From: Alphaproteobacteria bacterium
GTDB lineage: Bacteria; Pseudomonadota; Alphaproteobacteria; CAAHEQ01; UBA3637
Reading direction: 5' to 3'
NCBI GenBank assembly: GCA_017958225.1
Contig: JAGDDD010000004.1
Span: forward strand, 1-54,708
Length of the DNA stretch: 54,708 nt
Shown: positions 9,118-18,699 of the stretch, piece after piece
How the letters are laid out: each line of letters starts with the position of its first letter
Position numbering within the stretch: the first letter of the stretch is position 1
Made by a program: the position numbers and the translations under genes
Notes under the pieces: generated by a model
Database searches by the model: none
What the model was told of the DNA's origin: nothing
Seen by the model: the letters and a program-made list of their open reading frames with translations, nothing else

Positions 9118-9822
9118 TCACAACAAATCTCTATTAAATTTCCTCTCGCCATATTTGGAATAATAGTAAAATATACTTTTTTCACAGATATCATACATTA
9201 TCTTTGCCATTTCGTCTACCGTCCATTTTTCACGCCTAAAATAAAAACTTCCTCGATTAAAAGGCGGTTGATTGTGTAGGTATGTTTTATTTAATCTACC
9301 GAACATTGCTATGGTAATTACCCTATCGAGTATTGAAGAATCCTCAGCAAAATCGCAACCGTAACCAAAACACACAAAGGGAAATATATTTTCCGTCAAA
9401 AAGTAAGTCCGCAATCCAATGACATTTTTCCCCAATCTTTCTATTGCGTTCCCTTTTGCTTGTTTTCCCAGTCCTTCTTGTACTCTTTTGTCATTTGTGC
9501 CTTGATTTTTAACTTCTGGAATTAAAATAGGATATATCTGTCCTTCATCATCTATCATGCTCAAAAATCCCCCGTCAGGCGACATAAAGGAATTGTCAAA
9601 CTTATAGTAAAATTCTACATCTGGAAAGGATTTTCTTAAATGTTCTACCACAAATCGTAAGGTCAATGTTTTTTGATGTGCTAATTTTATTTTGGGAAAC
9701 TTTGCCATTACCATTTTTTCAACATTTCGTAGGGCTGTTATGACTTCCTTTTCTTGCCCTTTGGAAATATGGTTAATAATGGTATGATATCTTGTTTTTC
9801 TCAATAAATCGCTATCACTCAT
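9118..9822 (-). CDS. type II restriction endonuclease, EcoRI family
   Basis: SPDGGF...PEVKNQGTND...AKGNAIERLGKNV...FPFVCF aligns with EcoRI KPDGGI...AEAKHQGKD...AAGNAIERSHKNI...FPYVLF (recalled). PD...E-x-K catalytic motif present. Confidence 0.85.
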   Translation of the reverse strand: MSDSDLLRKTRYHTIINHISKGQEKEVITALRNVEKMVMAKFPKIKLAHQKTLTLRFVVEHLRKSFPDVEFYYKFDNSFMSPDGGFLSMIDDEGQIYPILIPEVKNQGTNDKRVQEGLGKQAKGNAIERLGKNVIGLRTYFLTENIFPFVCFGYGCDFAEDSSILDRVITIAMFGRLNKTYLHNQPPFNRGSFYFRREKWTVDEMAKIMYDICEKSIFYYYSKYGERKFNRDLL

Positions 9823-9825
9823 TGC

Positions 9826-10962
9826 TTATCCTTTCTCAACAATCCATAATAACTCTTTTACTTGCTTGCTTCTATCACAAAGATTTCTACACCCTTTATA
9901 TGTTGAATAATCTTTGTCTAATAATGAAACCTTACCATATTTTTCTAATGTTTCCCTAAAAATGTCAAATGGTATAATGCCTTCGTTGTTATATGACATT
10001 AAAATATACTTTGAATTGGTATTTTTAATTAGGTCATCTAATGCTTGTATCGCTAGGTCGCGTTTATTATATGCTGACTTATACCAATCAACCGATATAC
10101 CGCTTACACCGTCCTGGATTTCTGTTTCGTCTTTTGGATTGGCTATGATGTTTAACATAAAGTAATTCGACCCATAAGGATGTTGATTGTATGGTGGGTC
10201 ATAATACACTAGATCATATCCTTGGCATTCTGGGTCTTTAATAAGATTGTTGGTATCATCTCTAAATACCTTAACCTTGCACTCTTTTTCACTAAAAATA
10301 GGATATTCTAGGTTGATTTTGCCTTTTATCCGCGTCAAACAATTTTCACCACTTCCCCCGAAATGTCCTATTCCGTCTTTTTTATGAAATCCTTTGAATA
10401 CACCTGATGTGTTGGTATGAATTGACGCCTGAATCAACAAAGGACTTAAAATATATGGGATTTTATCGGTAGGAATTTCCGTAAATATAAACTTCTTCAT
10501 TGTGTCAATCAGCATGGCGTTCTTATGAGTATAAAATACCCGCTCCCCCGCTCGTATATTATCATCATCCTTCGGAGCGTAATTTTTGGTTATAAATCCC
10601 TCATGCAAATCACCATCTTTCAAATTATTTAAGTAATCTATCGTTTCTTTAATGTATTTGAAGTCAATCTGACTTTTGTTTGAAAGATAACATGTGTTTA
10701 TAATATTAGAATAATTTTCTATATCGTTTGAATGCAAAATCGAGCAATGTTCTTTTAATAATCTTGAAACAACACCACTGCCGGCGAATCCGTCTAGGGC
10801 AAAGATTTTTTCTTCACCAATTTTTTCTTTTACCAGTTCAAACCCTACATTTAAAAATCGTAATAACGCCCTTTTGTTGCCTATATATGTGATTAAATGG
10901 GATGTATAAAAGGGGGTATTAAAATTTATCTCTGTTGTATTATTGCCGAATAAATCTTTCAT
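9826..10962 (-). CDS. N6-adenine DNA methyltransferase (alpha-type order: FxGxG ... DPPY)
   Basis: YIGNKR, DGFAGSG (motif I) and YYDPPYN (motif IV). 3-nt gap to the endonuclease gene. Confidence 0.85.
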   Translation of the reverse strand: MKDLFGNNTTEINFNTPFYTSHLITYIGNKRALLRFLNVGFELVKEKIGEEKIFALDGFAGSGVVSRLLKEHCSILHSNDIENYSNIINTCYLSNKSQIDFKYIKETIDYLNNLKDGDLHEGFITKNYAPKDDDNIRAGERVFYTHKNAMLIDTMKKFIFTEIPTDKIPYILSPLLIQASIHTNTSGVFKGFHKKDGIGHFGGSGENCLTRIKGKINLEYPIFSEKECKVKVFRDDTNNLIKDPECQGYDLVYYDPPYNQHPYGSNYFMLNIIANPKDETEIQDGVSGISVDWYKSAYNKRDLAIQALDDLIKNTNSKYILMSYNNEGIIPFDIFRETLEKYGKVSLLDKDYSTYKGCRNLCDRSKQVKELLWIVEKG

Positions 10963-11096
10963 TTAGTTCTCAGTTGTCCATATAAAATAGAATTAACCCG
11001 CTTCCGATCAACTTTTAAAAGGCTGGCTATCTCGGATGCTTTTATTCCATCCGATGATTCTACAACCTTTAACATTGCATCCTGTAGATTAGTCAA
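10959..11096 (-). CDS. unannotated 45-aa winged-helix/HTH-like protein, candidate R-M controller
   Basis: TTG start preceded by GAGAAGGGA. Translation is MTNLQDAMLKVVESSDGIKASEIASLLKVDRKRVNSILYGQLRTK. Its stop overlaps the methylase start (ATGA). An in-frame TAA lies 7 codons upstream. Confidence 0.45.
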   Translation of the reverse strand: MTNLQDAMLKVVESSDGIKASEIASLLKVDRKRVNSILYGQLRTK

Positions 11097-11112
11097 AACA
11101 ATCCCTTCTCGC

Positions 11113-11130
11113 GTTTATAAGCTTATAAAC
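11113..11130. promoter_or_regulatory. perfect 18-bp palindrome GTTTATAAGCTTATAAAC, candidate operator
   Basis: Self-complementary over all 18 nt. Lies 17 nt upstream of the small ORF start, in the R-M promoter region. Confidence 0.4.
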
Positions 11131-11383
11131 TACTATTTATCATAGTAAATTATTACCAAACAGAAAGCAAGTAAAAATAACCAAAAACAATTTGGGATGT
11201 CGACGTCCTGAGCAAAATCATCGTCAAGAGTTCGAAACAGGACGTTAGGCATGCATTTTTGCAAAGTTTAGGGGGCGGGATTTATTCGGGGCAAAGCCCC
11301 TCACCCTAAAGGGCCGCCTGACGGCGTTGCCTGCGCTTAACGCTCCGGCCGAACCACGAGGTTTATTCACCCACCCTATACCA

Positions 11384-11418
11384 ATAAAAAAACCGGCCTA
11401 ACGACCGGTTTTTATTAT

Positions 11419-11424
<6 letters not shown>
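11384..11424. repeat. right copy of the direct repeat (terminator of tRNA-fMet plus its last 6 nt)
   Basis: ATAAAAAAACCGGCCTAACGACCGGTTTTTATTATTGGTTG. Confidence 0.85.
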
Positions 11425-11496
<72 letters not shown>

Positions 11497-11510
11497 ACAA
11501 GTTGAGCCTT

Positions 11511-11538
11511 ATTATACTCTTCTATTTGCTTTTGTCAA
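11511..11538 (-). promoter_or_regulatory. sigma70 promoter TTGACA-N16-TATAAT for tRNA-fMet
   Basis: Both hexamers are perfect consensus; the -10 box ends 14 nt before the tRNA 5' end. Confidence 0.55.
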
Positions 11539-11551
11539 TAAAAAAATCTTG

Positions 11552-11581
11552 TTGCCATTTGCAACCGGTTGCGCATATAAT
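11552..11581 (+). promoter_or_regulatory. candidate promoter TTGCCA-N18-TATAAT
   Basis: Upstream of the small lipoprotein gene. Confidence 0.35.
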
Positions 11582-11627
11582 GGTAGGCGTGATGGCGAAC
11601 AGGCCATTTTAATTTAAGGAGATTATT

Positions 11628-11786
11628 ATGAAAAAATTATGTATTGCTTTGGCTTTAACAGCCTTGTTATCTTTGACAGCCTGCATGGGCACACGGGGTA
11701 CCGTGGGTGGACAAAAAGTCTGTGAAAACGACTATTTATTTGGTGTTATTTCCATTACAGAGTGGATTTCCCCCTGCAATAAATAA
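11628..11786 (+). CDS. unannotated 52-aa lipoprotein
   Basis: aaggag RBS. MKKLCIALALTALLSLTAC lipobox. The mature part resembles the C-terminus of TRL-type lipoproteins. Confidence 0.5.
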   Translation: MKKLCIALALTALLSLTACMGTRGTVGGQKVCENDYLFGVISITEWISPCNK

Positions 11787-11800
11787 TATCTTAAAGTCAT

Positions 11801-11837
11801 AAAAAAATCCCTCACATTTCTGTGGGGGATTTTTTTG
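11801..11837. terminator. bidirectional terminator
   Basis: A7-TCCCTCAC...GTGGGGGA-T7 between convergent lipoprotein genes. Confidence 0.6.
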
Positions 11838-11851
11838 TGTTCAAAGCTTGA

Positions 11852-12160
11852 TTATTGTCCAGAAACAACTGTGCAAACCGTGCCGAACAACAGATAGGTT
11901 TCGATATCGTAATCAACAGACAACACCTTTGTGATACCGCCGTTCTTTTTGGCTGTATCGATCGAGGAATCGCCCGAGCCGACTAAGCCCAAAATGTTTT
12001 TGGCGCAAGCACGACCCACGCGGGTAGCCTTACCGACATTTTCCATGGCATAGCCGGAACGTTTTGTCGTGTTGAACGCGGCAAAACCCGCATCACCCGG
12101 AACGAAAACGCATCCGCCGAGCAAGGCTGTCGCTAATAATAATGCTGCTGCTTTTTTCAT
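11852..12160 (-). CDS. TRL-family lipoprotein
   Basis: Lipobox LLGGC, and ...ACAKNILGLVGSGDSSIDTAKKNGGITKVLSVDY... typical of TRL-like proteins (recalled). Confidence 0.6.
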   Translation of the reverse strand: MKKAAALLLATALLGGCVFVPGDAGFAAFNTTKRSGYAMENVGKATRVGRACAKNILGLVGSGDSSIDTAKKNGGITKVLSVDYDIETYLLFGTVCTVVSGQ

Positions 12161-12231
12161 GGTAATTCTCCTTTAAGTTAAAGCATTAAAAAAATAAATA
12201 CGTATGTAGTATAGGCCTTACGCTGACCTTG

Positions 12232-13158
12232 TCAAGCCTTTTGTTCGCCCTTATGCACAACGACTTGCGGGAAAGGAATCTCCACGCCTTTCTTGTCAAA
12301 GGCATCATGGATAGCGAACATCAACTCACTGCGCACGCCCAACCGGCTCATCACATCATCCACGACACAGCGCAATTCAAAGTTGATGCTGCTGTCGCCA
12401 AATTCGGTCAGCAACACAAACGGCTCAGGATCTTTGACCACATGCGGATGGGCTTTGGCCACATCTATCAAGATTTTGCGCACCAAATGAATATCCGAGT
12501 TATAGGACACGCCCACATTGACGATACAACGACCGGTTTTGCCCTTGCGCGTCACATTGACCAACTCGGCCGACAACACATCGGCGTTCGGAATCAGCAC
12601 CATTGTGCCATCAAAGCATTGCAGTTCTGTGGAGCGAATCTTGATATCTTTGACGATACCTTCATTACCGTTGATGATAATCCAGTCGCCCGCCTTGATA
12701 GGCCGCTCGCACAAAATCACAACACCGGAAATAAAGTTATTCACAATGTTCTGTAAGCCGAAACCGATACCAACAGATAACGCACCAACAAAGATGGCTA
12801 ACTGACCCATATCGACTCCTAGGATGGACAAGCCGCCCCATGTGGCGATGATCCAGCCCAAATAGTGCAACAGCATAATAATGGAATAGCGCACGCCTTT
12901 GTCCAGGGACGATTTTGCCAACGCGGTATTTTTCAAGAAGTTTTGCAGCCACTTAAAGCCCTGTAAAATAATCAGGAAGAAGACCACCGCTTCCATAACG
13001 GCATCGGCATTGATATCCGACCAATTAAACTCGCCATTTTGCAGCAAGCGCGCTATGCGCAAAGAGTGCGTCGCTATGTAAATCACGATACACGCAAAGA
13101 CAATCCACATACTGTGAGAAATCACAAAGCGGCCTATTTTTTTCAATGATACTTTCAT
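12232..13158 (-). CDS. mechanosensitive channel, MscS family
   Basis: GFGLQNIVNNFISGVVIL...PIKAGDWI core. ATG at 13158 with a GAGGAC RBS is preferred over the TTG at 13170. Confidence 0.8.
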   Translation of the reverse strand: MKVSLKKIGRFVISHSMWIVFACIVIYIATHSLRIARLLQNGEFNWSDINADAVMEAVVFFLIILQGFKWLQNFLKNTALAKSSLDKGVRYSIIMLLHYLGWIIATWGGLSILGVDMGQLAIFVGALSVGIGFGLQNIVNNFISGVVILCERPIKAGDWIIINGNEGIVKDIKIRSTELQCFDGTMVLIPNADVLSAELVNVTRKGKTGRCIVNVGVSYNSDIHLVRKILIDVAKAHPHVVKDPEPFVLLTEFGDSSINFELRCVVDDVMSRLGVRSELMFAIHDAFDKKGVEIPFPQVVVHKGEQKA

Positions 13159-13166
13159 ATGTCCTC

Positions 13167-14147
13167 TCAATACATAAAGTGTAAAAATCGAATCGTTGTG
13201 CTCATTTTAACACGATGCAGCAACATCCACAATAGGCAAATATGTTTGACGCCTAAACCTTGATAAGAAATCACATCTCGCGCCCTTAAATCAGGCAAAA
13301 CCTGTTGTAATTTTTTTAACAACTGCTCTTGAATCTTCGGATCTTTTTGCTTTTTAGCAATGCGGTTAAAGCACATTTTCAAGCGCTGATTGATGACATA
13401 AACTTGCGCTTGCTTGCGCCATGGCATCGGCAGTTTCAAACGCTCGTCGTTAATAATTTCAAATAACTTGAGATAACTGCCCAACTTCTTTTCATCAAAA
13501 CTGCCGCGCATAATGGATTCGGGGTTGGCATAGTAATAATATAAAGGCGCTTTGGTAACGACGACACGCGGCGCGCGCGCAAATAACTGAAAAGCAAACA
13601 CCACATCTTCATAGTGCATATGTTGAAAACGCAAGCCGGACAGCGCAGATTTTTTATACAATTTCAAAGGTGCGCCGGTGCGTATCGTGCGCTTTTTCAT
13701 AAAAGTCGCCAACGGGTCTTTTACCGGCACAGGCGCCCAGTTCGCAGCCTTTAATTTGGGAAAGGTTGTTTGCTGGTAAGTTGCGCTTGTTTCTATAAAC
13801 GAACAGGCCACGACATCGGCCGCTTGTTGTGTTGCAAAGCCATACAACATTTCTAATGCTTGCGGATGCAGATAATCGTCGCCGTCCAAGAAAAAGACAT
13901 AATCGCCTTTGATGTGTTTTAAGCCTGTGTTGCGCGCAGCGGACAAGCCGCCGTTTTTTTGATGTATGACGGAAAAGCGCTTGTCCTTTTTGACATATTT
14001 ATCTAAGAAAGCAGCGCACCCGTCTGTCGAACCGTCATCCACGCACACGCACTCAAAATCTTGCCAAGTTTGCGCGCGCAGGCTGTCCAGGCAGCCGGAC
14101 ACCAGTGGCAAAACATTATAAACGGGCACAATAACCGAAATCTTCAT
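13167..14147 (-). CDS. family 2 glycosyltransferase
   Basis: MKISVIVPVYN...DDGSTDG...LDGDDY. The ORF-track start at 14186 is a TTG extension. Confidence 0.75.
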   Translation of the reverse strand: MKISVIVPVYNVLPLVSGCLDSLRAQTWQDFECVCVDDGSTDGCAAFLDKYVKKDKRFSVIHQKNGGLSAARNTGLKHIKGDYVFFLDGDDYLHPQALEMLYGFATQQAADVVACSFIETSATYQQTTFPKLKAANWAPVPVKDPLATFMKKRTIRTGAPLKLYKKSALSGLRFQHMHYEDVVFAFQLFARAPRVVVTKAPLYYYYANPESIMRGSFDEKKLGSYLKLFEIINDERLKLPMPWRKQAQVYVINQRLKMCFNRIAKKQKDPKIQEQLLKKLQQVLPDLRARDVISYQGLGVKHICLLWMLLHRVKMSTTIRFLHFMY

Positions 14148-14256
14148 GCCTTTTAACATAAAGGAAAAATGCACAAGACGCAACAAAAAAGATACGCGCT
14201 TGATTTATCAAAGCAGACATGATAAGATAGCCCACAGTTAATTAAAAGGATGTCGT

Positions 14257-15195
14257 ATGCCAAAAAAGATTCTGATTATCAAACATGGTGCTTTGGGCGA
14301 TTTTGTGCTCTCGTTGGGCACAATGCGGCAACTGGCCGACCTGCACAAAGACGATGATATCTATTGCCTGACCATGTCGCCTTTTGTTGATTTGGCTCGA
14401 CAGACAGGCCTTTTCAAAGATGTGTTGGTGGATAATCGACCCAACTATCAGATCAAAGAGTGGTATCATGTATTGAAAAAAGTGCTGATGGACGGGCAAT
14501 GGGACATTATTTATGACCTACAGCAATCGCGGCGCACACGCCAAAAATATTTGCCCTTTTTACGCTTGGTCAGCCGCAAAGATTTTTGCTGGGTTTTTCC
14601 TTACAAAAATTGTCAGATAGATGTGCATAAAACACGGGCTTTCAGTTGGGGCAAAGCCACCGAAACGCCCTGGACACGCGTGGAATATATCTTTCCTGAT
14701 CTGTCGTTTTGCCAAGGTAATCCCGAGGTTTTAGCGCAATTGCCGGCGCGTTTTATTTTAATGGTGCCGGGCTGTTCGGCCGGACATCCGTATAAACGCT
14801 GGCCGGAAAAATATTTTGTTGAGATCGCCAAAAAAGCTGGCACGCTCGGTGTGGAAAGCGTTGTTTTAGGCACCAAAGCCGAAACAGAAATTGTCAATGC
14901 CATTTGTCAGGGAACACCCTTTGCCAAATCCTTTTTAGGCAAAACCAAACTGGCGGACATACCGGCGGTTGCTCGTCGTGCTTTGGTCGTTTTGGGCAAC
15001 GATACAGGTCCGCAACATATGGCCTCGTTTGTGCAGACACCAGCAGTCACGCTGTTTTGCAAACGCACAGAAAAATCGGCTATTCAGCACAACAATATTA
15101 CCAATTTGATTGCTCAAAATATTGAAGATATTACCCCCGACACTGTTTGGCGGGTCATTGAGCCTATACTTGCAAAGGAATCCCATGAAGCATGA
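14257..15195 (+). CDS. family 9 glycosyltransferase (LPS heptosyltransferase-like)
   Basis: ILIIKHGALGDFVLS N-terminus and GNDTGPQHMA motif. Confidence 0.75.
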   Translation: MPKKILIIKHGALGDFVLSLGTMRQLADLHKDDDIYCLTMSPFVDLARQTGLFKDVLVDNRPNYQIKEWYHVLKKVLMDGQWDIIYDLQQSRRTRQKYLPFLRLVSRKDFCWVFPYKNCQIDVHKTRAFSWGKATETPWTRVEYIFPDLSFCQGNPEVLAQLPARFILMVPGCSAGHPYKRWPEKYFVEIAKKAGTLGVESVVLGTKAETEIVNAICQGTPFAKSFLGKTKLADIPAVARRALVVLGNDTGPQHMASFVQTPAVTLFCKRTEKSAIQHNNITNLIAQNIEDITPDTVWRVIEPILAKESHEA

Positions 15196-16177
15196 TTTTG
15201 TAAAAAACTTCCCCAACACACGCGTTGTCTGTATCGGGGACATTATGTTAGATATTTTTGTGCGCGGTAATGTGGATCGCATTTCGCCGGAAGCGCCTGT
15301 GCCTGTGTTGCAATACCAACAGGAAAAACAGATGTTGGGCGGTGCCGGCAACGTCATTGCGAACTTGTGCGCTTTGGGTTGTCAGGCGGCGTTTATCGGA
15401 CGCGTAGGTCTTGATGCCGAAAGTCAGATTTTGGAACAGGCTTTAGCGACTTGCCATGCGGATGCTTTTTTAATCAAATCTGCCCAGATTCCTACCGCCA
15501 CGAAAACGCGTTTTATTTCCAATCATCAACACTTGATGCGCTTTGATAAAGAGGTTGTTGCGCCCTGCTCTGTGGATGAGCAAACGCAAATTATGGATGC
15601 GCTGTTACAGCAACTGCCACAAGCGAATTTGGTTATTTTATCCGATTATGCCAAAGGTGTTTTGTCTGAGGACCTGACGCCGCGCATTATTCAACTGTGT
15701 CAGCAACACCACGTGCCTGTTTTTGTCGATCCGAAAGGCGCCGATTATACAAAATATGCGCACGCCACACTCATCAAGCCGAACCGCAAAGAGTTGGAAT
15801 TGGTCTCGGGGCGGCACTTGTCCGTTCAAGCGGAAACCTTTTTACAAGATGTAGAAGATTGTGCGCGCAAACTGCTCACGCAACTGCAAATTGACAACTG
15901 CGTTGTAACCCTGTCCGACAAAGGTATGTTATATATTCCTAAAGAAGCACAAAAAAGCGTTTTGTATCTGCCGACAACGACGCAGGAAGTGTTTGATGTG
16001 TCCGGTGCGGGAGATACCTCTTTGGCGACACTGGGTCTATCTTACGCAGCCGGTGCTGACTTCAAAGAGGCCATTACCGCAGCGAACATTGCCGCCGGCA
16101 TTGTGGTCGGCAAAGTCGGCACCGCCACTGTCAGCTGTTCAGAATTGACCGAAGGTTTGGCTAAACAACCAGACTAA
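15185..16177 (+). CDS. hldA: D-glycero-beta-D-manno-heptose-7-phosphate kinase (RfaE domain I only)
   Basis: VVCIGDIMLDIFV...ISPEAPVPV and DVSGAGDT (pfkB). ATG at 15185 overlaps the GT9 end by 11 nt. Confidence 0.75.
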   Translation: MKHDFVKNFPNTRVVCIGDIMLDIFVRGNVDRISPEAPVPVLQYQQEKQMLGGAGNVIANLCALGCQAAFIGRVGLDAESQILEQALATCHADAFLIKSAQIPTATKTRFISNHQHLMRFDKEVVAPCSVDEQTQIMDALLQQLPQANLVILSDYAKGVLSEDLTPRIIQLCQQHHVPVFVDPKGADYTKYAHATLIKPNRKELELVSGRHLSVQAETFLQDVEDCARKLLTQLQIDNCVVTLSDKGMLYIPKEAQKSVLYLPTTTQEVFDVSGAGDTSLATLGLSYAAGADFKEAITAANIAAGIVVGKVGTATVSCSELTEGLAKQPD

Positions 16178-18587
16178 CCAGTTTATTTGGCACGACAATC
16201 GCCTTTTTCACTGGCGTATCGCCGATAAACTTTTTCACCGTATCCACCTGCAGCGCTTTTTCAATCAGCTGTTCTTTGCTGTCATTGACCGAAGCCGTCA
16301 GTTGTCCGCGCACCTTGCCATTGACTTGAACAGCCATTTGAATCGTATCTTTAACTAACGCCTGCGCATTGACGCTGGGCCACGGCTGATTAAAGACGGA
16401 ATACGGTTGCCCCATCGCTTCCCATAATTCTTCTGCCAAGTGCGGCGCAAACGGAGCGAGCAAGACCACATAGGTCTTTAAGCACTCATCCAAGAACGCC
16501 TTATTGACCGGCCCGTTCATGTAGCCTGTCAGCGCATTTAAGTATTCCATCATACGCGCCAACGATGTATTGAATTGAATCAGATTCAAATCGTGTGTGA
16601 CCGCTTTAATGGTGCTGTTGCGCACAAAGTCCAGTTCCTTTTCTTTTTCCGTCATGACAGCGCCGGCATCTGTCAGTGTTTTCTCTTTCTCAAACAAAGA
16701 TTCCACACGCTTGATAAACCGCGCCATTGACTCTATACCGGAATCAGACCAAGGACCGCCATCGGTATAAGAAAAAGCAAATTCAAAGAACAAACGCACC
16801 GCGTCGGCGCCATATTTATCCACATAGATATCCGGATTGATGGTATTGCCCTTAGATTTTGACATCTTTTGTCCGTCAGGGCCTAAAATCATCCCTTGAT
16901 GCACCAGCGCATTAAACGGTTCGTCAAAGTCTAAATAGCCCATATCGCGCAACGCTTTTGTAAAGAAACGCGCATACAGCAAGTGCATGGTCGCATGCTC
17001 TTGTCCACCAACATACATGTCAATCGGGCACATACGGTCGATTTTGTCTTTGTTAAAGACTTCTTTGTCGTTATGCGCATCCGGATAGCGTAAGAAATAC
17101 CAAGAAGAATCAACGAAAGTATCCATGGTGTCCGGATCGCGCTGAGCGTCGGCACCACACACCGGACATTTCACATTCATAAACTCCGGACAACGTTTTA
17201 AGGGAGATTCGCCATCGGGTCTAAACTCCACATCATACGGCAACTTGACGGGTAAATCAGATTCGGGCACCGGCACCACGCCACAATGCGGGCAGTGAAT
17301 CATCGGAATCGGCGCACCCCAATAACGTTGGCGAGAAATCAACCAATCGCGCAGACGATACATCGTCGTCAATTCGCCCTTGCCTTCTTTGGCTAACTTC
17401 GCCACAATGGCCGGAATCGCCTCTTCGGTCGTCATGCCGGAAAACTCTTGACTGTCGGTCAAGCGGCCATGATCACAGAAAGGTAGTGACTGTTCGTTAC
17501 CGTCCTTATCTACAATCACACGTGTAATCGGCAACTTATAGCGCACTGCAAAGTCATAGTCGCGTTCATCATGCGCCGGCACCGCCATCACAAAGCCCGT
17601 TCCATAACTGGCAATGACATAATCAGCCACCCACACAGGCACTTTGCGCCCATCCACAGGGTTCGTGGCATAAGAGCCGGTAAAGACCCCCGTGCGCTCG
17701 CGTTCCGTGGACAAACGGTCTATTTCTTTAACTTTGGCTGCATCTGCCACATATTTTTCAACAGCCTCTTTGCACTCAGGCTTAGTTAAACCCGCCACCG
17801 CCGGATGTTCCGGAGCAATCACCACATAGGACAAGCCATACAAAGTATCGGCACGCGTCGTAAAAGCCTTCAGTTGCGTTCCGTTATCTATATCAAAAGT
17901 AATCAAAGAACCGTGCGACTTACCGATCCAGTTCTTTTGAATCTTTTTTGTTTTTTCCGGCCAATTCAGACCGTCAATTTTCTCCAACAATTCATCCGCA
18001 TAGGCCGTAATTTTGAAGAACCATTGTTTCATATTTTTTTGAACAACCAGCGAATCACAACGGTCGCAATGTCCGTCTTTGACTTGCTCGTTAGCCAACA
18101 CGGTTTGGCAACTGGGGCACCAATTCACCGGCGCTTCTTTTTGATAAGCCAACCCTTTTTTATACAACTGGACAAAGATCCATTGAGTCCATTTATAATA
18201 TTCTTCATCACAGGTATTGAGTGAATAGTTCCAATCGTAGTTCGCGCCCATGGCAATCAACTGCTTTGTCATGGTGTCTATGTTTTTTAAAGTGGAATCT
18301 TTGGGATGAATACCTGTTTTAATCGCGTAATTTTCCGCCGGCAGACCGAAGGCATCAAAGCCCATGGGATGGAACACATTGTAACCCTGCATCTTTTTAA
18401 AGCGTGTCCATGTATCCATCGGCGCAAAGTTATACCAATGACCGCAGTGCAGACTCGCGCCCGAAGGATAAGAGAACATTTCCAAACAATACAGTTTATC
18501 CCCTTTGGCTTGCTCATCGTATTTGTATAAGCCTGTTTCCGCCCACTTTTTTTGCCATTTAGCATCTGTATTTTTGGAATAACTCAT
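16161..18587 (-). CDS. leuS: leucine--tRNA ligase
   Basis: 808 aa with a HIGH-type GHWYNF motif and KMSKSKGN. Confidence 0.95.
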   Translation of the reverse strand: MSYSKNTDAKWQKKWAETGLYKYDEQAKGDKLYCLEMFSYPSGASLHCGHWYNFAPMDTWTRFKKMQGYNVFHPMGFDAFGLPAENYAIKTGIHPKDSTLKNIDTMTKQLIAMGANYDWNYSLNTCDEEYYKWTQWIFVQLYKKGLAYQKEAPVNWCPSCQTVLANEQVKDGHCDRCDSLVVQKNMKQWFFKITAYADELLEKIDGLNWPEKTKKIQKNWIGKSHGSLITFDIDNGTQLKAFTTRADTLYGLSYVVIAPEHPAVAGLTKPECKEAVEKYVADAAKVKEIDRLSTERERTGVFTGSYATNPVDGRKVPVWVADYVIASYGTGFVMAVPAHDERDYDFAVRYKLPITRVIVDKDGNEQSLPFCDHGRLTDSQEFSGMTTEEAIPAIVAKLAKEGKGELTTMYRLRDWLISRQRYWGAPIPMIHCPHCGVVPVPESDLPVKLPYDVEFRPDGESPLKRCPEFMNVKCPVCGADAQRDPDTMDTFVDSSWYFLRYPDAHNDKEVFNKDKIDRMCPIDMYVGGQEHATMHLLYARFFTKALRDMGYLDFDEPFNALVHQGMILGPDGQKMSKSKGNTINPDIYVDKYGADAVRLFFEFAFSYTDGGPWSDSGIESMARFIKRVESLFEKEKTLTDAGAVMTEKEKELDFVRNSTIKAVTHDLNLIQFNTSLARMMEYLNALTGYMNGPVNKAFLDECLKTYVVLLAPFAPHLAEELWEAMGQPYSVFNQPWPSVNAQALVKDTIQMAVQVNGKVRGQLTASVNDSKEQLIEKALQVDTVKKFIGDTPVKKAIVVPNKLVSLVV

Positions 18588-18650
18588 CGTCTGTCCTTTC
18601 TGTTGAATCGTATCTGTTATTTTTTACTCATTTTTACAAAAAAGTCAATA

Positions 18651-18684
18651 AAAAAAGCCCCTCTTTTCAGAAGGGCTTTTGTGA
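18651..18684 (-). terminator. rho-independent terminator after the DsbA-like gene
   Basis: AGCCCTTC...GAGGGGCT hairpin followed by T7 on the minus strand. Confidence 0.5.
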
Positions 18685-18699
18685 AAAAACGTCGTTTAA

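Larger units (their letters stand above)
9026..11383. mobile_element. integrase-less R-M mini-island (or remnant island) inserted at tRNA-fMet
   Basis: Bounded by the direct repeats. Much lower G+C by eye. Contains only the wHTH-M-R operon plus non-coding DNA that carries a tRNA 3'-end remnant. Confidence 0.5.
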
